From Porphyridium purpureum (lineage: Eukaryota): a stretch of DNA of 64,000 nucleotides. Below the pieces are notes generated by a model. That model made no database searches. It was not told the DNA's origin and was given only the letters and a program-made list of their open reading frames with translations. Position 1 is the stretch's first letter, and every line of letters starts with the position of its first letter. Location: assembly GCA_008690995.1 (NCBI GenBank), contig VRMN01000003.1, positions 1,860,001 through 1,924,000 on the forward strand, in the 5' to 3' direction. The position numbers and the translations under genes were made by a program. Shown piece by piece: positions 1 through 7,372 of this stretch.

Positions 1-363
1 CACAACCGCGCACGGCACTGTGACGTGCCCCTTTTTGTCCAAGCGGCAGACACCGGATTGAGGCGACGCGCAACGTCTGTGCGCACCACGTGCAAGATGT
101 CTCCCACCGCGCATCACGCGCACAACACACAGCGCACGTGCGGACTTGCACACCGCGCATGCCATCTTACCCAAGACCATTCCTTCGTCATGAGTCTGTG
201 TGAGTGTATGTGAGTTTCCTCTCTCTTGCCTTCGTCGCAATCTCGCATTTCAGTCCTCCCCTTCTCCCGCGCGAGTTTCTACGATCGGCGGCTTACACGC
301 GCACTGTACCTTATCACGAAAGTCAGTCGCACGCATGATTCGCGGGTGTACAGTGCGCGATCG

Positions 364-369
364 ATTCTC
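364..369. repeat. Left target-site duplication ATTCTC (right copy 6305-6310; could be 8 bp CGATTCTC, 362-369 / 6303-6310)
   Basis: The same hexamer immediately flanks both outer LTR ends. Confidence 0.85.
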
Positions 370-666
370 TTTGATGATAGCGTCTTCGTGAAGCACGCGT
401 ATACCAAACGTGTACCAATAGTAAACTACTGGTGTCTAGCTGAAGCAAGAGGTCCACAACAAGACGACTTTACTCCTTAACACAACCTAGCTCTTACCTC
501 AAAAGGAGACAGAGCGCCGACTCGTCGGCCGTCTCTCACACTCTAATGATATACTACTGTGGTTAACCATTACGGTCACCAACCAACGGAGAGTTGTCAT
601 CATTAAGTATTTGATGACTCCACATCACGTCATCAGGCAGGCAGAGAGGGATGACTATATTCCACG
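370..666 (-). repeat. 3' LTR (297 bp; internal TG..CA core 372-664)
   Basis: Matches 6008-6304 at a constant offset of 5638 with no mismatch found by eye. Lies downstream of the ORF and abuts the PPT. Confidence 0.95.
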
Positions 667-678
667 CACCCCCTCATC
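667..678 (-). promoter_or_regulatory. Polypurine tract
   Basis: Minus strand GATGAGGGGGTG immediately precedes the 3' LTR; this is the typical copia-like GAGGGGG tract. Confidence 0.8.
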
Positions 679-706
679 ACTTCTGCGCTGGCTGCAAAGG
701 AACGAA

Positions 707-3700
707 TCACACTCGCTCGACAAGGTGCCAGCGGGTGTACGGATCATTGTCACGCGACATTTTCTCATCATCATGGCTGTACGCATAGCCGCGCATGCCA
801 GCGTCATCGTCGCAGTCGTCGGGCTGCATGAGCATCGCGAAGGCGTTGCCACGGTTTGCGGCGGAGCGAGCATGCGTCATACGCTGGGCGATGCCAAGGG
901 ATAAGCTTGCACCGTACAGGCCCCACGCGGCTGCATGGCCGCGAAACACGTCGGTGGCAATCGGCTTCGTCAAGCCGTCAGCGACGTTGTCGCGCGTAGC
1001 GACATAGACGAACCTGACGAGTCCGTCCGCTGCTATCTCGTGCAACCATCTCAGAGAGATGCGTTGCATCTTTGGCGCATGCAGTAGCCGGTCACTGTGG
1101 CCGCGCTCCACCGCGCGCAAAGTCGACTCGTTGTCGCACCGCACAACGATCGGAGGCCAGCGCCTCAAAAGTTCTTCCGCCAGTGTCGCCACTGGGAACA
1201 CGCTGCCTTGCGCTGCGTCGTGCAGCGCTACCAACTCAGCCTCGGTCGTCGAGGTGCTGACGCGCCGCTGGCGCCGACTGGTCCAGTCTACAAGGTGTCG
1301 GCATCTGCCATTCGATATGAAGAGCACGGCGCCGCTCGTGGATGACGGTGCCGAAAAGTCGGCATCAGCCCATGCGTGCAACCGAACGTCGCGACTGCCT
1401 GTCGCGGGTATGTCGTATTGCAGACAGACGTCCGCATGCTTCTTCAGATACCCGACGATCTCGTCGAGCGCGCGATCCGCGCTTGGCCCCCACCGGTCGA
1501 CATAACGCGCCACATGCGCCGTGGCATAAGCGATGTCTGCTCGCGTGGTTCGGCTGAGCCACAGCAGTTGGCCAATCACAGTTCGCTTGTTTGTCGGGCA
1601 CGCGCGCCCGCCGGGACCATTGTCGTCGACCCGCTCGCTGAGTGGCGTGCTGCGCACGCGCAAGTTGTCCGCGGTGTGGCCGTTCGCCACATGGGTGGCG
1701 TACACCCCCGAATCCAATACCCATCGGCCGCCGTTGCGATAGATGTGCATGCCGAGATACTTGATAGGGCGCGTACGCGCCGAGTCTGCAATGTATTCGA
1801 CCTTCTGGTCGATTCTGAAAACGGTCTTCAGTTGTTTGACCGCCACTCGTACCGCATCCGTATTGCCGAAGAGTGCGCCATCGTCTACGTACATGCTCAG
1901 CGTGAGCATGCTGCCGTTTGCGCCGCGGCGCCAGTACTGGTTCTTGTCCGCGTTGGATTCTTGCCATCCAAGCCGCCGGGCACGCTCGCGAGCGTCGTGG
2001 CTGAAGTCATTGCCGCTCCGTTTCATTCCGTACAGAGCCTGCGGTAGCTCGACGACAGGCTCGCTACACGCGGCCATCTTCCTGTAGTCAGCTTCGCTGA
2101 CTAGACCCTTCACGACCGGGACCAGGTCGCGCAGATATCCGAATGTCGGACGGCCGCCCAATGGTGCACTGGGGTAGGCACACGTTACATCGAAAAAGGC
2201 GCCGTCGGCGGATGGTCCATGGAGCATGAGCGCCATGCTCATCGAGGCACGGATCGCCAGCAAACCTGGTGGGCGATCAAAAGGGTACGGTTCTTCGCGC
2301 GCGCGACGCCCATCGGCGTCCAGCACGACGCATCCTTGCGCGACGATGCGGCACTTCGTCTTGTGGAACGACGAAGGCATTTCTGAATTCTTCTTGTTGA
2401 AGAGGAGCTTCAACTTAACGAATTGCGCGTTCGGAACGCGCGCCGCCACTGCCTTGTCCATCGTGCGGCGGAAAGGCAGAGCGCCGGTGCTGCTGAGCGC
2501 ACGAAGCTCGGATGCTAATGCATGGCGGCCGGCGGGCGTGGCCATCGCCACCGCTGTGGCCACAACTTCTGCCACCCCCAGACCTGCCGCTTCGTCCTCT
2601 GGTCCCCCTGTCGCCGCGCTTGTATACGTTGCGTCGCTGCTACTCTCTGCTCGCGTCGCGTCGTTCCGCGTCGCGTCGCTCGCTGCTGCTGCGTGCACTG
2701 GAAGCACACCCAGTTCCGCTGCGCGCGCGCGCAAGCCGGCTGGTTTGCGGCCGCGCATGAAGAATGCTGGCCTACCCGCGATGGCAAGCCAGTCCTCACC
2801 AAAACGGGCAATGCCTTCGGATATGGCAATGTCCTCGGCCGGACTCCACGGCAGCTCAATGCGCCGATACTGTGCTCGCGACGCGAGCTTTCCGTGCTCG
2901 TCTCGGTCGCACTGGCAGTGCATTTGCCTGCATGTGCCGTCACCAGTGTGACGTCGGCTGGGCGCCGGACCCAAAATGCATTTCTCGCATTCGGTGCTCC
3001 CACCGACTATTTTCTTGCACTGTGTGTAGAATGCACGGTCCGGTGCATTGTCGCGTGCTCGCGACCATTGATCACCCGTCGCAATGGCCTCATCCGGAGG
3101 CCGCAGTGCCAAACGTCGCAATGGCCACTTGTCGGGAAGTGGCTTCCATTCGCCGACCTTCCTGATCGCAGATGGCCGCAAGTCGGCAATAGGCAGGGCG
3201 AGCAGGTTTATGGGCTGCCGCGGGTCATTCGGCCTCGGTGCCGTGAACCCAACGACGATTGCAGGCAAGCCTTTCGGCTCAAATTTGCCGCGGCTCTCAT
3301 CGTATATGAGAATGCCGCTCCCGAATCCAGGGATGGGCTTGTGCCATGTCAGACCGAGCCGTTGCTCGAAGCTGGTCTGCTCCTGCTTTGCGCCGCGCCA
3401 GGCAAGGTTTCTGGCCAGGCAAAAGTAGGCGGCGGCGAACGGATACCACGCGGTCGGCAAACCAGACTGCATCAGCAGTGCTCGCACTGCTCCGTTCAAG
3501 TCTGCGTGCTTGCGTTCATGCGTCGCGTGCGTGTTCGCCCGGTACGGTACACCAGTGACTTTCTTCACGCCCTTTTCCGCGATGAATCCGTCGAATTCGC
3601 CCATGAACTCGCGGCCCTCGTCACACCGCAACACTCGTGGCCAATCACCACGTCCGCGCTGCAGCTCCGTCAACCCGCGAATGCACTCAGCGGCGGACTT

Positions 3701-5761
3701 GTCCGCCAGCCCAATTGCTGAGAACCACCCAGTGGCTTCGTCGAGGTGAGTGAGCAGCCACCTGCTGCCCTCCACGGCTGCCAGTCCGGGATCCACAATG
3801 TCAATCGACACCACGTCGTTGAACTCGCGCGCTCGTCCGCGCTCTTTGCCAACCGAGTCGTCTCGCCTCACAGCACGCGCGCGCCGCAGCTTTGCCGCGC
3901 TGCATATTCCGCACGTGTCGCGCGACGGCATGTGCAGAACGCAATGGTCCTGCTCTACATGCTCAGCCTCGGCTGTGCCAAGACTGTGACCGCCGATGGT
4001 CATTTCGAAGCGGTTGGTTCGAAGCCAATCGAGACCGATCACGAGGTCATTGTGGCCATTGTACACGACCACGTCCTGCTGCTTCTCTGCTGAATCCAGC
4101 ACCGCCAGATTCACTGTCGCGCGCCCGCGAGACATGCACTGCGTGCCGTCTGCCAATCGAATGGTCAAGGCATTCGCGGTGCTATTTGTGCGCACTCGCA
4201 CCATCGCGCATGCGCTCTCGCTCAGAAAGGTGTGCGTTGCGCCGGTATCGATGACTGCTTTCATCGCCCGGCCGTTCACCCAAGCATTCACCTTGAGCAA
4301 CCCTTTGCCCGCACTGGCGGTCATCAACTCGGCTCCGCCGAGATTGGCATCGCGATCATCGCGCCTATCTGCACAGTTGTGCGTCGCTGGCCCCCACACG
4401 GAGCACCGATGGCAGTAATAGCGCCCACGCTGATTACTCTTCTTGCCATCTTGTTGCGACTTCGGCGTCTGTCGCGGTCGTGGTCTACTGGCACCGCCTC
4501 GTTGCGGTGCGCCACGCTTCTGTCCGCGCCCACGCGCGTCGTTCTGGCCGCCACCACGGTTCCAACCGTGCGTGCTCGGCTCTCGCCAGCCGCCGTCTCG
4601 TCCGTCCGCGCGGCTCTGCGCGTACTGCTCTGCATGATTCGCACGCAGGTTCCGGTGCGGTCCAGCTGGTGACCATTGGTCATGCTGTTGCTGTTGATAC
4701 TCGTTCGAGCGATCCCGCTGGAAGTCGTTGTATCCTCGTTCGTGCACCCGTGCGCGGCTGCCGCTGGCGGTGCCCAAGTCCATTGGCACCGGACCATGCT
4801 GGTTATAGTTCATCTGGGGGTGGTATGCAGGCTGCATGGCTGACGGGTACGTGCGTGCTGTGATGGGCTGCTGGTCTCGACCACGCTTAAATATGACTTT
4901 GTCGGCAACTAAAGCCAAACGCAAAGCGTCGTCATAGGTGGGAGGGAAGTGAAGCGCTACGTGAGTGGCAATAGAAGTGTCAAGAGATTCTGTAAAATAG
5001 TGAAGTTTATCTTTGTCTACCAAATTTGGTATACGCAGACAAACTTCACTAAATGCAGCTTCAAAATCTTGGACACTCATTGCACCCTGCTTCATCTTTT
5101 GCAGTTCATCCCGCACGTCATTTTCTGTTTCTTTTGGCTCGAAGCGCCGCTGAAGCGCGAGCAGAAACTCTTCTACCGAGGTGGGTCTCTGATCAGGTTG
5201 TAATGCCTGGTACCAGAGTTGCGCCAATCCGAAGAGGTGAGTCGAAAGCGTCGACACTGCTTCCTCTTCCTCGGTTTCCGTCCAAAGACGGCCCTGCGAC
5301 CGCCAATCCGAGCGCGCCGGGTTGTACACCCGCGAACGCGCTGCTGCCGTCCAGGTCATAATGGCCGCAGTGGATCGCTCGCCGCCATAGTACAGCATGG
5401 CCGCAGGGCGCATGCAGCTCGGCAAAGCGCCACTTCCACCGGATCCATCGCGAAGCGCCCTCAGACGAACGTTCTCGCTCCGCAGCTCGGCGAGCTCACT
5501 CTGAACAATCGCCGTCCGGGTATTCAGTTCGGTCGCCATCTTGGCGCCGAATTCCTCCGAGAGTTGGCGATGCATTTGGGCGTATGCCGCATTCAGCATC
5601 GCCGCCATCTCTCGTTTCGTTTCCTCGCGCGCGGACTCGCGCCGCGCACTTGCTGCCGCGCCAAGGCGGGTTGCCGAGGCGTTTGCACCACCGCGTGCCG
5701 GCGACGGTGTTGCTGGGGTACTAGCACCCGCAGCCCTATCCATGTCATATTCCATGACCAA
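707..5761 (-). CDS. Gag-Pol polyprotein (Gag, aspartic protease, integrase, Cys/His cluster + Myb-like domain, reverse transcriptase, RNase H), 1684 aa
   Basis: Gag: LFGLAQLW..QGAMSVQDF..PVPMDLG. PR: VIDTGATHTF..VIGLDWL. INT: HCVLH..CGIC, SID, RCDEGREF, HERKH. RT: KCRIVAQG, FDVTCAY, QALYGMKRSG, MYVDD. RH: WADADF, STTEAE, CDNES, NVADGLTK. The frame is uninterrupted. Confidence 0.96.
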   Translation of the reverse strand: MVMEYDMDRAAGASTPATPSPARGGANASATRLGAAASARRESAREETKREMAAMLNAAYAQMHRQLSEEFGAKMATELNTRTAIVQSELAELRSENVRLRALRDGSGGSGALPSCMRPAAMLYYGGERSTAAIMTWTAAARSRVYNPARSDWRSQGRLWTETEEEEAVSTLSTHLFGLAQLWYQALQPDQRPTSVEEFLLALQRRFEPKETENDVRDELQKMKQGAMSVQDFEAAFSEVCLRIPNLVDKDKLHYFTESLDTSIATHVALHFPPTYDDALRLALVADKVIFKRGRDQQPITARTYPSAMQPAYHPQMNYNQHGPVPMDLGTASGSRARVHERGYNDFQRDRSNEYQQQQHDQWSPAGPHRNLRANHAEQYAQSRADGRDGGWREPSTHGWNRGGGQNDARGRGQKRGAPQRGGASRPRPRQTPKSQQDGKKSNQRGRYYCHRCSVWGPATHNCADRRDDRDANLGGAELMTASAGKGLLKVNAWVNGRAMKAVIDTGATHTFLSESACAMVRVRTNSTANALTIRLADGTQCMSRGRATVNLAVLDSAEKQQDVVVYNGHNDLVIGLDWLRTNRFEMTIGGHSLGTAEAEHVEQDHCVLHMPSRDTCGICSAAKLRRARAVRRDDSVGKERGRAREFNDVVSIDIVDPGLAAVEGSRWLLTHLDEATGWFSAIGLADKSAAECIRGLTELQRGRGDWPRVLRCDEGREFMGEFDGFIAEKGVKKVTGVPYRANTHATHERKHADLNGAVRALLMQSGLPTAWYPFAAAYFCLARNLAWRGAKQEQTSFEQRLGLTWHKPIPGFGSGILIYDESRGKFEPKGLPAIVVGFTAPRPNDPRQPINLLALPIADLRPSAIRKVGEWKPLPDKWPLRRLALRPPDEAIATGDQWSRARDNAPDRAFYTQCKKIVGGSTECEKCILGPAPSRRHTGDGTCRQMHCQCDRDEHGKLASRAQYRRIELPWSPAEDIAISEGIARFGEDWLAIAGRPAFFMRGRKPAGLRARAAELGVLPVHAAAASDATRNDATRAESSSDATYTSAATGGPEDEAAGLGVAEVVATAVAMATPAGRHALASELRALSSTGALPFRRTMDKAVAARVPNAQFVKLKLLFNKKNSEMPSSFHKTKCRIVAQGCVVLDADGRRAREEPYPFDRPPGLLAIRASMSMALMLHGPSADGAFFDVTCAYPSAPLGGRPTFGYLRDLVPVVKGLVSEADYRKMAACSEPVVELPQALYGMKRSGNDFSHDARERARRLGWQESNADKNQYWRRGANGSMLTLSMYVDDGALFGNTDAVRVAVKQLKTVFRIDQKVEYIADSARTRPIKYLGMHIYRNGGRWVLDSGVYATHVANGHTADNLRVRSTPLSERVDDNGPGGRACPTNKRTVIGQLLWLSRTTRADIAYATAHVARYVDRWGPSADRALDEIVGYLKKHADVCLQYDIPATGSRDVRLHAWADADFSAPSSTSGAVLFISNGRCRHLVDWTSRRQRRVSTSTTEAELVALHDAAQGSVFPVATLAEELLRRWPPIVVRCDNESTLRAVERGHSDRLLHAPKMQRISLRWLHEIAADGLVRFVYVATRDNVADGLTKPIATDVFRGHAAAWGLYGASLSLGIAQRMTHARSAANRGNAFAMLMQPDDCDDDAGMRGYAYSHDDEKMSRDNDPYTRWHLVERV

Positions 5762-5991
5762 ACACTGGGCGCGTCGCGCTCACCAGTTGCGCTTCGAGCG
5801 CCTCTTTTTTTTCCTTCTCGATGTTCGCGGCGCCGATCAGCGTCTTGGCTGTCGCGCTGCCACAGTCGCTTTTCCAAAGCGTGATCGAGGGTAGAGTTGG
5901 GGAATGACCGAATGATAGAAACGCAACCACAATAGGTGGTTAGTCAAGCAAGCAAGAAGAAGAAAGATGAGGGAAACACCACAGCGCAAAG

Positions 5992-6007
5992 GCTGGGCTC
6001 ATAACCC
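5992..6007 (-). promoter_or_regulatory. Primer-binding site complementary to the anticodon arm of initiator tRNA-Met (half-tRNA priming)
   Basis: Minus strand reads GGGTTATGAGCCCAGC. Plus strand GCTGGGCTCATAACCC resembles the tRNA-iMet anticodon stem-loop (CAT anticodon). Same PBS type as Drosophila copia (GGTTATGGGCCCAG) and Ty5. Confidence 0.85.
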
Positions 6008-6304
6008 TTTGATGATAGCGTCTTCGTGAAGCACGCGTATACCAAACGTGTACCAATAGTAAACTACTGGTGTCTAGCTGAAGCAAGAGGTCCACAACAA
6101 GACGACTTTACTCCTTAACACAACCTAGCTCTTACCTCAAAAGGAGACAGAGCGCCGACTCGTCGGCCGTCTCTCACACTCTAATGATATACTACTGTGG
6201 TTAACCATTACGGTCACCAACCAACGGAGAGTTGTCATCATTAAGTATTTGATGACTCCACATCACGTCATCAGGCAGGCAGAGAGGGATGACTATATTC
6301 CACG
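6008..6304 (-). repeat. 5' LTR (297 bp; internal TG..CA core 6010-6302)
   Basis: Copy of 370-666. Followed directly in element orientation by the PBS. Confidence 0.95.
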
Positions 6305-6421
6305 ATTCTCCTGTTGCGCGTGGAGCGCGGGGGGTGGGGCTCGGCTATGTTGGATTCAAGGATCACATGGAAATGTGTGTATGGATGGATGGAAGACACA
6401 ATGAGGTGCGAGAATGGCCAG

Positions 6422-7171
6422 CTATTGCCAGTCACGCGGAGATCCTTGAACCATGCGCATCGCGGGAAGACGAATGTCGTCAAGCAGCGCGTCGTCTGCG
6501 ACTGGCACGGCCTTGAATGTGCCCACCATGCGAAACTCCTCGCGGATAAAGAAGCGGCGCTGCTTGATGGTTAGGTTGCCCCGTTTGCCCAGCACCGCGC
6601 CTTGCAGGAACAGTGCGGTGCTCAGAAAGAGCTTGCCGCGAGGAAGAACCAGGTCGCCGCGTTCAAAGCCGGTGGTGCTGATTACCATTTGCATGGTGTC
6701 GTTTGGTACACGCCAGTCCTTCTTCCTCACGCGCCACGCGGCTGCATTGCATTCGAACGGGGTGAACGATGCCACTTTCAGAACCTGCAGGCTTCCTCCA
6801 GGCTCAACCTGCACAGCAACGGCGCTCTGTAAGCGCCGCGCACTCAAGCCCCATTGCGGCGGCTTTCGAATCCATCGAGCAGTCGAACAGAGTCAGGTTA
6901 GAACCTCCGCGCCACGAGACTCGTCTACGGCACAACAAAGATCGGACATCGCACTTACCATCCACGTATTTTTCTCCCGTCCAAAGTCTAGCTCCAGGAT
7001 GTAGCGCTTGCCCATCAGGCTCGCGGCCTCCGCACTCGCACGTCTAGCACTATCCGCGCCGCTGCATCGCAGGGGCGCCGCGCGCGTCCTCTGCGCTGCG
7101 CAGATCTGCCCGCAATCTGCACCTCCATTCCGCGCTGGCAGCAGTGGGAGTGGGCTCAAGCAGATAAACAT
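6422..7171 (-). CDS. Two-exon hypothetical protein, probably plastid-targeted (exons 7171-6959 and 6862-6422)
   Basis: N-terminus MF.. is Ala/Arg/Ser-rich. Removing intron 6863-6958 joins ..GREKNTWM to PPQWGLSARRLQ.. in frame with ORF 6422-6847. Confidence 0.7.
6863..6958 (-). other. Spliceosomal GT-AG intron, 96 nt
   Basis: Donor GTAAGT, branch point CTAAC, acceptor AAG; phase-0 splice restores the reading frame. Confidence 0.8.
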
Positions 7172-7372
7172 GACGCCCCTTCTGTTCCCTTGATCGTCGC
7201 TTGGAGATTACAACCACGCGCGTGAGGCAAAATCATGTGACATGGGAAAGGTGTGGTCGAGTGAAAGCATGACATCTCTGGAGACGGGGGAGAAAAAGTG
7301 AGAGCAGAGCCGGGCGCATGAGTGCCCGCGCGCACTCGCTCGGTCGATGCTTGGCTCGCTGGGTTGCTGATC

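Larger units (their letters stand above)
370..6304 (-). mobile_element. Full-length LTR retrotransposon (copia-type INT-RT-RH order; gypsy-like Gag/PR; extra Myb-like domain)
   Basis: Direct repeats 370-666 and 6008-6304 are identical by eye. ATTCTC is duplicated at 364-369 and 6305-6310. PBS at 5992-6007, PPT at 667-678, and a single gag-pol ORF at 707-5761. Confidence 0.97.

Noticed and set aside
1365..5894. Several 200-400-aa ORFs overlapping the retrotransposon polyprotein (e.g. 2522-3721, 2226-2951, 5219-5884)
   Set aside because: Expected in GC-rich sequence. They are Arg/Ala-rich with no domain signal, and there is no evidence for an env-like or antisense gene.
5992..6007. tRNA-Met-like sequence
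   Set aside because: Only the 16-nt anticodon-arm match is present and there is no cloverleaf; it is the element's PBS, not a tRNA gene.
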